A DNA stretch of 36,955 nucleotides from an uncultured Planctomycetales bacterium (GCA_964464385.1 CAYXFZ010000004.1:14898-51852); one strand, 5' to 3'. Shown: positions 18,306 through 28,215, numbered from the stretch's first letter. The notes: generated by a model not told the origin, from the letters alone. A program made the numbers and translations.

Positions 18306-19475
18306 ATGGTCAAGTCTCGGGTCCTGCAGCTTCTACCTACCCTCGAACTTGGAGGGGCCGAACTCTACGTTCGTAGGCTTTGTCGACACCAAGGAGAAGG
18401 ACGTTGGACACCCAGCGTTTGCTCGATGTTGCGGGGGGGGCCTGTGGAGGAACTCCTGCGGGAGGACGGCACTCCCGTTCAAGTCCTGGGGATTTCTCGT
18501 CACTCCGCCAGTAATCCTATTTTGGCCCTTTGGGATTATTTTCGCCTTTACCGAGGGGTTCTTGCCGTTGCCCGAGAACACACCGTGAATCTCATTCAAA
18601 CGCATCTCTCGGATTGTGACTGGATCGGCATGTTGGTGGCGCGTAAGTTGAAGACCCCCGTTGTCTTAACATTTCACTCCTCCAAACTGGTGCCACCGGA
18701 ACGTGCCTCGGACGAATGGCGCGCACGATTTCGCACCTGGATCCAATCCCGGGTTTACCGCCGAGCCGATGCTCTGATTGCGGTCGGATCCGACGTGGGG
18801 GAAAGTCTGCTGCAATTCCCGGGCGTTCTCCCAGGAAGAGTGCACCTCATTCCCAGCGCCATTGAAATCCCTGCAATCCCGGACCCCCGTAGGCTGGCCG
18901 AGTTGCAGGACCAACACGCTGCCTTGAGGTTGGGCTCTCCCATCTTGGTTGCGGTGGGTCGTTTGGTGGAAAGCAAGGGTCATGACCGACTCCTGGAACT
19001 CATGCCACTCGTGCTGGAAAGACATCCTCAGGCCATTCTCTGGATTTTGGGTGGTGGGCCCGAAAAAGACAAACTGGAAGAGGCCATCTGCCGCCTTGGC
19101 CTGGAACGCCACGTCCTTTTGTTGGGGCCTCAGGACGACATCCACTCCTACCTCGCCTTGGCCGACCTGTTCGTAACTGGCACGCGTCGGGAGGGATTGG
19201 GTTTGGCCCTTGCCGAGGGCATGGCTGCCCACCTTCCAGTCGTGGCATTTCGTGTCCCTGGCGTCGTGGACATCGTCCAAGATGGGAGCAATGGTCGGCT
19301 GGTTGACGACGGGGACGGAACCGCTTTTGCCGAGGAAACGAGCCGCCTGCTGGATGATCCAGAAATGAGGCAACGGATGGGGTCCGTTGGCCGGGAAACC
19401 GCCAAACGTTTCGACATCAAGACCGTGCGAGCACAAACGGAAGCCCTCTACGATACGCTCTTGGACGTTTCCTAG
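18306..19475 (+). CDS. GT4 family glycosyltransferase
   Basis: LELGGAE, VGRLVESKG and EGLGLALAEGMA. Start is 18306 (GGAGA upstream) or 18294. Confidence 0.92.
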   Translation: MVKSRVLQLLPTLELGGAELYVRRLCRHQGEGRWTPSVCSMLRGGPVEELLREDGTPVQVLGISRHSASNPILALWDYFRLYRGVLAVAREHTVNLIQTHLSDCDWIGMLVARKLKTPVVLTFHSSKLVPPERASDEWRARFRTWIQSRVYRRADALIAVGSDVGESLLQFPGVLPGRVHLIPSAIEIPAIPDPRRLAELQDQHAALRLGSPILVAVGRLVESKGHDRLLELMPLVLERHPQAILWILGGGPEKDKLEEAICRLGLERHVLLLGPQDDIHSYLALADLFVTGTRREGLGLALAEGMAAHLPVVAFRVPGVVDIVQDGSNGRLVDDGDGTAFAEETSRLLDDPEMRQRMGSVGRETAKRFDIKTVRAQTEALYDTLLDVS

Positions 19476-19501
19476 CAGGTGCTCCTTCGTTTGACAGAGG
19501 C

Positions 19502-20833
19502 CTAAGGGGAAGGGTTCTTTTTCCGCAACAGCGCCGCGCGCAAAATCGAGAAGTCTTGCCGACGCGGCAAAAGCAAATTGCGGAGTGGGCGGGCGGCGAC
19601 CAAGGACCAGCCCCAGGCCAAGACTAGGCCGTAAACGGAATAACAAATCAGGGAACTGAGGGCCGCGCCCACCATGCCAAAGGCGGGAATCAAAAACCAG
19701 TTCATGCCTAGATTCAGCGCCAAGGCCAGGACTGCGGCACGCACGGACCACTCCGGACGACCGCGGCCGATGAGATCAGCGTTGCAAATCTGGCCAATGT
19801 TTCCAACCACGAGTCCGGGCAGGAAGAGGACGAAGGGCAGGACCGCGCCGACATAACCAGTTCCGTAAAAGAAGGGCACGGCAGGCCAGGCCACCAGGGC
19901 AACAACGAGGGAAATCGGGAGGGAGATCAATACCCAGCAGCGGGTCGCTAGAGGCGTGATGTCTGCAGTTTCTTCTGCCGACCGGCTCATGAGTCGCGGA
20001 ACCATGGCTCGTTCCACGGCATAGCCCAGCAATTGAAACATCAGGGCCAAGGAGGAAGCCACGGCATAGATACCTACCTCAGCCACGGGCCGGAACCATC
20101 GCATGAGGGCAATATCCACTCGAAACAGCAGGAAAAGAGCAAGGGCGGCGGGCCATACCTGCAAGCCAAAACGAAAGGCTCCCTTTGCCAGACCCGAACT
20201 GCAGCGCCGCGGACCCCGCCAAACTCGAGCCAATGCGTAGAACAAAAGGAGATTGCCCAGGGCAAAGGAGGCCAGCCGGGCAGAAATGGCGCTGGCAACA
20301 GTTTCCCCGGAAAAGGAGAAAAGGAGGGGCAAAAAAACGACAAAAGAGGCCGCTTGGATGGCTTTGGCCAAATTTGCTTGCAATATTTTCCCCATTCCAA
20401 TCAAAACGCAGAAAAGGAAGCTATCCAAAACCAAGAGGGGAAGCATGCAAAGGGCCAAACTCAGGCCCAGAGGTAAGTTTTTTGCGGATTCATGCACTCC
20501 GCCTCCCCTTCCTCGCACAAAATCCAAAATTTCTGGAAAAAACAAAAAGAGCGCTCCCGCGCCCACACAACCCACCAAAAGGGCGAAAACCATGGCATTG
20601 AGGCCCACTCGGGCCGATGATTCGGGCTCTCGGGCCACCAAACGGGTGGAAGCAGTGCCGAAACCCAACTGAACCACCATGCGTGCAACTTCAGGAACGA
20701 AAACCAACAACGCAAAAACACCCCGTCCTTCGGGCAATAACGCCCGAGCTATGAGGATTCCCGCCAGGAATTGGCATGCGGCCGAAGCCCCTTGGAAGAC
20801 AACGGAACCACCTGTGTCACGAAGAACGCTCAT
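19502..20833 (-). CDS. wzx: Wzx-type oligosaccharide flippase
   Basis: About 12 TM segments, ARALLPEGRG, RVDI..., EVGIYAVA and LIPAFGMVGAA; polysaccharide locus context. Confidence 0.85.
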   Translation of the reverse strand: MSVLRDTGGSVVFQGASAACQFLAGILIARALLPEGRGVFALLVFVPEVARMVVQLGFGTASTRLVAREPESSARVGLNAMVFALLVGCVGAGALFLFFPEILDFVRGRGGGVHESAKNLPLGLSLALCMLPLLVLDSFLFCVLIGMGKILQANLAKAIQAASFVVFLPLLFSFSGETVASAISARLASFALGNLLLFYALARVWRGPRRCSSGLAKGAFRFGLQVWPAALALFLLFRVDIALMRWFRPVAEVGIYAVASSLALMFQLLGYAVERAMVPRLMSRSAEETADITPLATRCWVLISLPISLVVALVAWPAVPFFYGTGYVGAVLPFVLFLPGLVVGNIGQICNADLIGRGRPEWSVRAAVLALALNLGMNWFLIPAFGMVGAALSSLICYSVYGLVLAWGWSLVAARPLRNLLLPRRQDFSILRAALLRKKNPSP

Positions 20834-20978
20834 GCCCGAGGGGCGAAATGGCCGAAAGAGGTTGGCTCCGACGCCCGTAGCGTCAATCTAGCGCCTTCGA
20901 CCACTCCCTCCCAAACCAAGCCATCGGAACACAAGTGCAATTCTGGACTAAACTTGGGTTCACCCCCAGGGCAGCACC

Positions 20979-21983
20979 GTGAGACTCTTCACCTTCCTCG
21001 CCGCCGCTTCGCTAACCTCGCTTGCCGCGAGTTGCGGCTCGCCTCTTGCACTCGGAGTTCCTGTGGCAATGGGGTCCATTCCCGCCCCGACTCGGGTAAC
21101 CACGGAATACCGGGTTTCCCGAAGCGATGTTCTACTGCTGGAGTTTTCGCGAGAATGGCCCGAGATCGAGGTCTACAAGTTGGGCATAGGGGACAAGATC
21201 CAAATTCTCATCCAGGAGGCGCCGCTTGAGGCAGACCTGGATCTTGAACTTGTTGTCGCTCCCGATGGCAGCATCACATACCCCAAGCTCGGCACCATCA
21301 AAGTTGCTGGACGAACTCCTGCGGATTTGAAGCAAGAAATGCAAGCTGCCTTTGTGGAAATTTTTCCGGGCGCCACCCTGGACGTCATTCTCCTACAAGC
21401 AGACGCACGGACGGATCAGTTTGTTTCTCTTCTTCTGCAAAATCCTTCCGGCTCAACCCGAGAATTGACCGTCAGTCTTTCGGGCCAAATTTCTGTTCCC
21501 GGCGTGGGTCAGGTGGAAGTTCTTGGGCGCACCTTGGCGGAAGCAGAAGAGGACATTAATGCGCTTCTACACAAGAAAATCCCGACCCTTTCCGTCTCCT
21601 TGAATTCCATCTCCATCCCCAGCCTCAACTTTACCGTGGTCGGGGAGGTCATCAAGCCAGGCACCTTCCCCATTCTGGGCAACATCACTTTGGTGGAAGC
21701 CCTGGCCACCGCCGGCTGGGCCTCAGAATACGCTGACTTTCAACACATCGTCGTCATCAGTCGCGCCGGCGACCGTTTGCAGGATGGGCTGGTGGACTGG
21801 CGCGTTTACGACGTGGAGACTTTCTTAGAACACGGCCACAGTCTTGCAGGAATCCAACTTCGCCCCCGTGATGTTGTCCTCGTGCCGCACACGGGCATTC
21901 GGGATGTGAACCGCTTTGTGGCCCAGTACATCCAACGAAACATGCCTGTTAATCTCGGCGCTGGCTTCCGCATCAATCCCTAA
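20979..21983 (+). CDS. wza: Wza-like polysaccharide export lipoprotein (OPX)
   Basis: Lipobox LAASC, YKLGIGD...VAPDGSITYPKLG.I.VAG.T export domain, SLBB VVGEV.KPG, LRPRDVVLVP and an amphipathic C-terminal helix. Confidence 0.87.
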   Translation: MRLFTFLAAASLTSLAASCGSPLALGVPVAMGSIPAPTRVTTEYRVSRSDVLLLEFSREWPEIEVYKLGIGDKIQILIQEAPLEADLDLELVVAPDGSITYPKLGTIKVAGRTPADLKQEMQAAFVEIFPGATLDVILLQADARTDQFVSLLLQNPSGSTRELTVSLSGQISVPGVGQVEVLGRTLAEAEEDINALLHKKIPTLSVSLNSISIPSLNFTVVGEVIKPGTFPILGNITLVEALATAGWASEYADFQHIVVISRAGDRLQDGLVDWRVYDVETFLEHGHSLAGIQLRPRDVVLVPHTGIRDVNRFVAQYIQRNMPVNLGAGFRINP

Positions 21984-21995
21984 GGCAAGCCTTTC

Positions 21996-24155
21996 ATGGA
22001 TACCCCCGCCCCGAATACCCGCAGCACGGACACCCCGCGGCGAATCCTTCGCGCCATCTTTGAATGGCGGTGGTCGGCGATCGGATTTTTTATCACGTTT
22101 TTCACGTTTTTGATGTTCATCGCGTATTTTTGGCCTCCCTCTTACACGGCGAAGGCCTCCGTGTTGGTCAAGGCCGGGCGAGAAAATGCTCCTGAGGGCA
22201 CGACTCAGTCCACCGAGGGCCTCCGGCTTTCCTCAACTGCCGAGGATGTGATTTCAGAAATCAACGTCATGTTGGCGCGACCCGTGCTGGACAACGTGGC
22301 CACCCGGCTTGAGGAGCAGCAGAAAGAAAAGAAAAAGAAGAAAGGATTTGGCAAAGTTATGGAAGGGTTTCGTGATTGGTGCGTAAGCATCGGGCTACAA
22401 CCCTCGGTTGAAGATCACGAGCGGCTGATTGGCAAGCTGTCCAATAAGATCAAAGTCGAGCTCGAACCCGCGACCAATGTTCTTCTTCTTGCCTATGAGG
22501 ACAAGAGTCCAGCCACAGCCCAAAAGACGCTCCAGTATCTTCTGGAAGATTATCTGGATTTCCACATCAAGATCCACGCAAATGGCCGGTGGAATGCAGC
22601 TACGGAATCCTACGATCTCACTGCAGCCAAGTTTTTCAACCGGGAAGCGGAACAATATCTGGATAAACTCCAGATCCAGCAGGAGATGCTAACCAAGTTT
22701 CGACAAACCAACTTGGGTGGTGAATTTGAAAAGAAACGCGATCTCCTCGTGCAGGAGCTAGTCACCACGGAACAAGCACTGGTGACCCTCAAGGCCTCCT
22801 CACCGGAAGAGATCGTTATTGGGGCGATTGCTGAAACTCCAGAAATCTCCTACAACCATCAGCGGCTCCTGGATCTGAATATCGAATTGCTGGAAATGGA
22901 ACAACAGCTGAGGGGCTTGGACGTTCCAACGCAGGGGCAAGAGCAGTTTGCCTCTGGCAATTTGTCGGACTCCCCGGAGATCTCCTTTTATAACCAGCGG
23001 CTTTTGGACTTGAGCCTTCAACTTGCCGAAAAGGTAGGTCAATACAGCGACCCGGACTCCTCCGTGGAAGTGCGCAATCTCCGCAACCAAATCGCGGCCA
23101 CGAGAAGCGCTCTGGTAGAGCAAATTGGACTCAAGAGAGCCTACTTGGAGCGACGTCGCCAAGCCCTCTTGTTCTCCGTCGAAACCGTGAAAACGGACCA
23201 GAGAAAACTCCTGGAACAAAAACAAAACTACTTGGAGCGCCAAGTTGGTTCCCTGAAATCCTCCGTTCGGGAGGTAGAGCAAAATCAGGCAGAGTTGGAA
23301 AAAATCCTCCGCGAGCGGGATCGTCTTGAAGCCGCATACCTCAAGTACAAGGACAAGGCTGACGAAGAGCGCATCAGCGAAGCTTTGGACGCCGCGAGCC
23401 TGACCAACGTCAAGGTTTTGGAGTGGCCATCCCTGCCTCCAAAACCTTCCTTCCCCAACCGATTCATGATGGCCCTACTGGCCATTTTTCTAGGCATCCC
23501 CGCCTCCATTGCGGTCGCCCTCCTGCGCGCCTACTTCCACGGCCGGGTTGCCACGGTGCAAGATGTGGAAGAAATCCTTGGCGTCCCGGTCCTGGCCTCC
23601 GTCCCTGCCATGAATGCCCGCGAACACGCCAAGGCCTTCCTCAATGGCATGCCCGATTCGGTCATGAATGCTGCACGACTTTCCCTTGCCTCCGCGCGAG
23701 CGCGAGGACACAAAGTAATCCATGTTGCTTCATCCACGTCACTAGAGGGAGCGGGCACCCTTGCTGCAGCCATGTGTTTGCGGGCCTCGGAAGAAGGAAT
23801 CCACGTCGCCTTTGCCACCCCCTCCGGCTTCCCTGAGGAACTCTCCGAAATCGAAGGCGTTGACATTCTGCAATTGAAAGATCGGACTCCGGAAGATCAG
23901 GAAAAAGACCTCAACTTGGCCCGAGAATCCTATGACCTCATTGTCCTCTCTGGCACTCCATTGGCAGCAACCGATGGTGGTTTGATGTCTTCTCTTGCGG
24001 ACTCCTCCGTCTTTGTCGTGAGCGGAACTGGAGTTCACTTTGAAATTGCCCGACGCGGTGTGGCCATGCTTCGACGCTACAGTTCCGAAGTCCTGGGTGC
24101 CGTTTTGACCCGGCGGCGGAACCCCGTTCCCAGCTTTTTCTACAAGCGCATCTGA
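21996..24155 (+). CDS. Wzc/GumC-like polysaccharide co-polymerase with degenerate kinase domain
   Basis: TM1 followed by PSYTAKASVLV, long coiled coil, PSLPPKPSFP before TM2, DVEEILGVPVLASVP, and a C-terminal P-loop-like domain ending VLGAVLT. Confidence 0.87.
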   Translation: MDTPAPNTRSTDTPRRILRAIFEWRWSAIGFFITFFTFLMFIAYFWPPSYTAKASVLVKAGRENAPEGTTQSTEGLRLSSTAEDVISEINVMLARPVLDNVATRLEEQQKEKKKKKGFGKVMEGFRDWCVSIGLQPSVEDHERLIGKLSNKIKVELEPATNVLLLAYEDKSPATAQKTLQYLLEDYLDFHIKIHANGRWNAATESYDLTAAKFFNREAEQYLDKLQIQQEMLTKFRQTNLGGEFEKKRDLLVQELVTTEQALVTLKASSPEEIVIGAIAETPEISYNHQRLLDLNIELLEMEQQLRGLDVPTQGQEQFASGNLSDSPEISFYNQRLLDLSLQLAEKVGQYSDPDSSVEVRNLRNQIAATRSALVEQIGLKRAYLERRRQALLFSVETVKTDQRKLLEQKQNYLERQVGSLKSSVREVEQNQAELEKILRERDRLEAAYLKYKDKADEERISEALDAASLTNVKVLEWPSLPPKPSFPNRFMMALLAIFLGIPASIAVALLRAYFHGRVATVQDVEEILGVPVLASVPAMNAREHAKAFLNGMPDSVMNAARLSLASARARGHKVIHVASSTSLEGAGTLAAAMCLRASEEGIHVAFATPSGFPEELSEIEGVDILQLKDRTPEDQEKDLNLARESYDLIVLSGTPLAATDGGLMSSLADSSVFVVSGTGVHFEIARRGVAMLRRYSSEVLGAVLTRRRNPVPSFFYKRI
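22833..23030 (+). repeat. internal diverged duplication in wzc (135-bp period)
   Basis: ETPEISYNHQRLLDLNIELLE (from 22833) versus DSPEISFYNQRLLDLSLQLAE (from 22968); similarity is also visible at DNA level. Confidence 0.8.
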
Positions 24156-24167
24156 TCGAGGCAAGGG

Positions 24168-25682
24168 ATGGCACCCCGCCAAAACCTCGACCTGGACGGA
24201 ATGGCCGGAGGTAATCTTCGGCCTAGCTGGATTCCAACCACTCTGACCTTCCTCGGGGCCATGCTTGCAGCCGTTGGCGCCGCCCTGACCCACTACGGGG
24301 GGGCGCGCTGGCAGGCCGTAATCATGGCGGCTCTCCTCATCGGGGTTTCGCTGATTGCTTGGGTTTATATCCGACGACAGTTTATTGAACTGGTCACTTT
24401 TGTCCTGACGTTTACTATGCCCATTGCACTGAACATTGAGTTGTTCGTGATCACAGGAGAACCCAGTCCATCGGGAGCGCCCAGCAACGTGACCCTTTGG
24501 GACAAGGATTTTTTGATGTTGATCTTGGGTGCCAATTGGTTGGTGGACCTTGTATTGCGGCGAGAAAAACCGACGGCATCATTGGGAGCTGCGGGTTGGT
24601 GGATGGCCTTCCTCACCTTTTGGATTCTTTCTTTCCCCATCAACAGCGTTTGCCCAACGCGCTCGTTCGTTGCCTGGCTGGAATGGACTCGCTTGGTTTT
24701 GATCTTCGTTTACCTCGCCAAGAAGGTGGACAGTAGGCGCATGCTGATGTGGATCGTCCAAGGCATCATGGTCCAAATCTGGGTAGAGAGCATGGTTGCC
24801 CTGGCCCAGTTTGCAACGGGTGGGAAATTGGGACTCAAATTTTTGGGAGAGGTTCGAGTCAAGGAAATGGAAATGCCAGGTGGCGCCCTGATTCGGACGG
24901 GCGGGCTGATGGGCCATCCCAATGCCCTGGCTTTATGGCTCTGCATGATTACCCCACTGCCACTTGCCTTGGCCCTCAATCCCAAGGAAATACTCAGGAT
25001 GCGGCTCTGGTATGCCGCGACCTACGTCATGGCCCAAGGAGTTTTGATCATGACTTTTTCTCGGGCCGGTTGGGTTTGTGGTGTCATCGACCTCTTTCTG
25101 GTCTTCCACATTGCGCAAAAGCGATTCGGCAAACCAGCCGTGATTTCTCTTTGGTTCCCCGCCATGGGGTTTGTCCTCTTTGCCGCCATCTTATGGATGG
25201 TCTCTCCGGAAATTCGACATCGAGTTGGCGGCCCCGACACCGGCTCCACTTTTGCTCGGATCCCGCAAATGATGACGGCCCTCAACATCATTGCCCATTT
25301 GCCGTTCGTCGGCACGGGAATTGGCTCCTACGCCCCCTACATCCTCCCCTATGCGGACTTTGACGGACGCTACCTCTCCGCCCTTTTCTACCGGGTTCAC
25401 AATGGATTTCTCCTCTTCACGGCCGAGGGAGGAATCCCGGCCGGCTTGGGATATCTCGCGTTTTGGTTTGCCGTAATCCGGAAAGGTTGGGGGATTTGGC
25501 GGGTCAAGGATGACCACTTGGCTCTCATTGGCTTGGCGGTCATGGTTGGACTTCTGTCTTGGTGGCTGAAGAGCATGTACAACATCCACCATCCCGTCAT
25601 GGAAAGGACCATTTTCCTGCAATGGGCCCTCGTGTTCATCGTCTGGAATGTCCACCACAAGGAGAAGAAAAAGCAGGAATGA
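24168..25682 (+). CDS. Wzy polymerase / O-antigen ligase family protein
   Basis: Multi-TM protein with GLMGHPNALA, TFSRAGW, PFVGTGIG and VHNGFL..TAEGG. Confidence 0.87.
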   Translation: MAPRQNLDLDGMAGGNLRPSWIPTTLTFLGAMLAAVGAALTHYGGARWQAVIMAALLIGVSLIAWVYIRRQFIELVTFVLTFTMPIALNIELFVITGEPSPSGAPSNVTLWDKDFLMLILGANWLVDLVLRREKPTASLGAAGWWMAFLTFWILSFPINSVCPTRSFVAWLEWTRLVLIFVYLAKKVDSRRMLMWIVQGIMVQIWVESMVALAQFATGGKLGLKFLGEVRVKEMEMPGGALIRTGGLMGHPNALALWLCMITPLPLALALNPKEILRMRLWYAATYVMAQGVLIMTFSRAGWVCGVIDLFLVFHIAQKRFGKPAVISLWFPAMGFVLFAAILWMVSPEIRHRVGGPDTGSTFARIPQMMTALNIIAHLPFVGTGIGSYAPYILPYADFDGRYLSALFYRVHNGFLLFTAEGGIPAGLGYLAFWFAVIRKGWGIWRVKDDHLALIGLAVMVGLLSWWLKSMYNIHHPVMERTIFLQWALVFIVWNVHHKEKKKQE

Positions 25683-26338
25683 GCAACAAGAATCCAGTCG
25701 CTAGGATCGTGGCTCGCTTTCGCAAAGGTGGCATCCGTGGAATTCTGGAAGTGCTTAAGTGGAAGCTCTTCCGCTGGAAAAACATGGTCGTGACCATTCG
25801 CGATGTTGGCGCTCCCTTAGCCGAGGTTCCTCGCCACCGCAGCCATTCGGTGGTTTTTCGCTTGGCCACCCTGCATGATCTGGACGCCATGTCGTTCAAC
25901 TTTCCGGAAAAACGAACTTGGTACAAACAACGCTTGGAAACTCCGGGGTATTGGTGCGACCTAGGCCTGGAAGGGGATGTGGTGGTGGCCCACAATTGGT
26001 TTTGCACCGTCCCCCACTTAGACCCTGAAATGGACTGTTGGGTTCGCCCCAAGGAAGGCCAAGCGTATTGGTTTGAGGGCTGGTGCCTGCCTGAATGGCG
26101 CAATCGTGGCGTGAGCAATCGTGGCGTAAAACACTGCTTCGAGGACTTGTTTCCGGAAATGGGAATCCGAGAAGTCATGACCTTACTGGAAGAAGACAAT
26201 CAATCCACGCGACGCTTGCACGCCCGCTATGACTTCCGCGATGTCGGCCGTCAAGTACATTTGCGACTGGGCCCCTTCCGCTTCAACTCGCCCGTTCTCT
26301 CCCTGCGCAAATCCAAAGATTCGCGTTCGCAATCATGA
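25679..26338 (+). CDS. GNAT family N-acetyltransferase
   Basis: PEWRNRGVS acetyl-CoA-binding motif A, N..TRRLH..YDF motif B. ATGA overlap with wzy. Confidence 0.75.
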   Translation: MSNKNPVARIVARFRKGGIRGILEVLKWKLFRWKNMVVTIRDVGAPLAEVPRHRSHSVVFRLATLHDLDAMSFNFPEKRTWYKQRLETPGYWCDLGLEGDVVVAHNWFCTVPHLDPEMDCWVRPKEGQAYWFEGWCLPEWRNRGVSNRGVKHCFEDLFPEMGIREVMTLLEEDNQSTRRLHARYDFRDVGRQVHLRLGPFRFNSPVLSLRKSKDSRSQS

Positions 26339-28215
26339 CCATTCTGACTCGGTTCCTGGCTCCCGGAATTCTGGCCGGGTGGTGCCTAGGCGCCCTGGAA
26401 TCCTTTTTGGTGGCAGCAAGTACTGGGCTCACCTTCGACCAGCCATTGCGCGACACTTTGGAAGTATCCCTCCAGTCCGGCGCTCTGGGAGGGTTGCTGA
26501 GTTTGCTTTTTTTCTGTTTTCCGCGCCCGCTCCGCCCGACCGCCCCATTGCATTGCTTTGCTTGGGTGTCCGGCTTGCTTCTATTTACGGTTGGCAGTGG
26601 TTGGATCCACATCCGTCTCTTCGTTGGAATTTCGCCTTGGCAATGGGTTCCTCTGGCGAGTAATCTGCTGGCGGGTTTCCTGTGTTTTCTACTGGCCCGC
26701 TGGATCTCCCGCAAAGATGAATTTCTTCGGGCAGCTTTATTGATTGCCTTTGTAGGCCATTTGGGTGCATGGATCTCTTCCGGCCGCGATGCTGAGGTTT
26801 CGCAAGTCGCCGCTCATTCTGCCGTCGCCAACGCACCCAATGTTCTAGTTCTCTTGGTGGACACCTTGCGCGCGGACCATCTCTCCTGCTACGGCTATGA
26901 ACAAAAGACCTCGCCACGGCTGGATGCTTTTGCCGACCAAAGTATTCGCTTTAACCAAGCGTATGCCCAAGCCACCTGGACGCGCCCATCGGTTGCCTCC
27001 TTGATGACTTCGCTCTATCCGGCCAGTCACAGAACCAACAAACTCGAGGTTCGCATCCCAGAATCCTTGACCACCATGGCCGAAATGTTTGCTGCAGGTG
27101 GTTATGAGACAGCTGGGTTTTCGGCCAACCGTAATGTTTCTCGGATCTTTGGCTTCGCTCAGGGCTTTCACTCATTCTGGAGCCGTGGGTCGGAAGAACG
27201 GAATACCATGCTTCGTTTCACAGTGATGGACAAGGTTCGAGACCTTTTCGCCAAACGAACCGGGCAGGGCCGAAAAAAATCCGCTACGCCGGAAACTCGA
27301 GCCGACATCTTAAATCAGGAAGTGCTGCGCTGGGCTGATGCGCGCAAAGCAGGTGCTCCTTGGTTCGCTTATGTGCAATACATTGACCCGCACGGGCCCT
27401 ATGCCCCTCCCCAGGAATTCCTCGACGAACTGGGCGTTCCTCTCGTTGCCAAGGAAGTTCTCCGTAGCATCGGTGATGTCGGCAAGGAGCCGCCGTGGCC
27501 CTTTGGTAGCCGCGACCCCGTGGATCCCGACTTGCTGGCCCAAGTGATCCGTCTCTACGACGCGGAAATTCAATACTGCGATCGCGAAATTGGCCGCCTT
27601 CTGGACGCACTGGAACAAAGAGGGTTGCTTGAAAACACATGGATCGTGATCACTTCCGACCATGGTGAAGAATTTTTCGAGCACCAACAATTTGGGCATG
27701 GTCAATCCGGCTTTGATGAGCTGGCGCGCATTCCACTCTTGGTTTCCGGCCCCGGCCTGAAGCCTGGAATCTCCAATCAGCCCGTGGAACTGGTGGATCT
27801 TCTTCCCACCATGGCCGTCTGGGCGGGCCAATCCATTTCCTTTCCGGTGCATGGTTCCCCCATTCCCTCTTTGCTGGGGGCGGCCGAAACTCCCGGCAAG
27901 AGCGCCTTTTTGCAAAACATCAAAGGACATCGCCTCGACGCCATGATCCAAGATGGCTACAAAATCGTCCGCGTCCTTTACCAAGAGGAAGAGCGGTGGT
28001 TGCTTTACGACCTCGGGAGTGACCCCGGGGAAACGAAAAACCTTGCCGCAACCCAACCCGATCGACTTGCTTCCTTGCAAGCAGCCTTGCGCATGTCGGT
28101 CACTGTGGCCGCCCAATTGCGAGTGGATCAAATTGATACCGTTGCCATCCAAGGAGATGTCCGCCAGGATTTGTATTCCTTGGGCTATATCGGAGACGAA
28201 GAGGAAGAAGAATGA
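26335..28215 (+). CDS. membrane-anchored sulfatase-like hydrolase/transferase (Thr at nucleophile position)
   Basis: N-terminal TM bundle, PNVLVLLVDTLRADH, WTRPSVASLMTSLYP, DPHGPY, TSDHGEEF and LYDL..DPGE; ends SLGYIGDEEEEE. Confidence 0.88.
   Translation: MTILTRFLAPGILAGWCLGALESFLVAASTGLTFDQPLRDTLEVSLQSGALGGLLSLLFFCFPRPLRPTAPLHCFAWVSGLLLFTVGSGWIHIRLFVGISPWQWVPLASNLLAGFLCFLLARWISRKDEFLRAALLIAFVGHLGAWISSGRDAEVSQVAAHSAVANAPNVLVLLVDTLRADHLSCYGYEQKTSPRLDAFADQSIRFNQAYAQATWTRPSVASLMTSLYPASHRTNKLEVRIPESLTTMAEMFAAGGYETAGFSANRNVSRIFGFAQGFHSFWSRGSEERNTMLRFTVMDKVRDLFAKRTGQGRKKSATPETRADILNQEVLRWADARKAGAPWFAYVQYIDPHGPYAPPQEFLDELGVPLVAKEVLRSIGDVGKEPPWPFGSRDPVDPDLLAQVIRLYDAEIQYCDREIGRLLDALEQRGLLENTWIVITSDHGEEFFEHQQFGHGQSGFDELARIPLLVSGPGLKPGISNQPVELVDLLPTMAVWAGQSISFPVHGSPIPSLLGAAETPGKSAFLQNIKGHRLDAMIQDGYKIVRVLYQEEERWLLYDLGSDPGETKNLAATQPDRLASLQAALRMSVTVAAQLRVDQIDTVAIQGDVRQDLYSLGYIGDEEEEE

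Noticed and set aside
18433-18440. G8 tract in the 5' part of a GT4 gene (also G8 at 212-219 and C8 at 8822-8829) as phase-variation sites
   Set aside because: All are in frame, and a few 8-mers are expected by chance in 37 kb at this GC content.
20870-20884. GACGC-ccgta-GCGTC hairpin resembling an ops/JUMPstart element upstream of wza
   Set aside because: It mismatches the conserved GGCGGTAG core at two positions, the stem is only 5 bp, and no RfaH-like gene is visible.
20924-20940. Possible sigma-54 promoter CGGAACACAAGTGCAA upstream of wza
   Set aside because: GG-to-GC spacing is 9 nt rather than the required 10.
22321-22346. Purine-only run encoding KEKKKKKG in wzc
   Set aside because: The longest A run is 5 and the frame is intact; it is best explained as a low-complexity basic linker.
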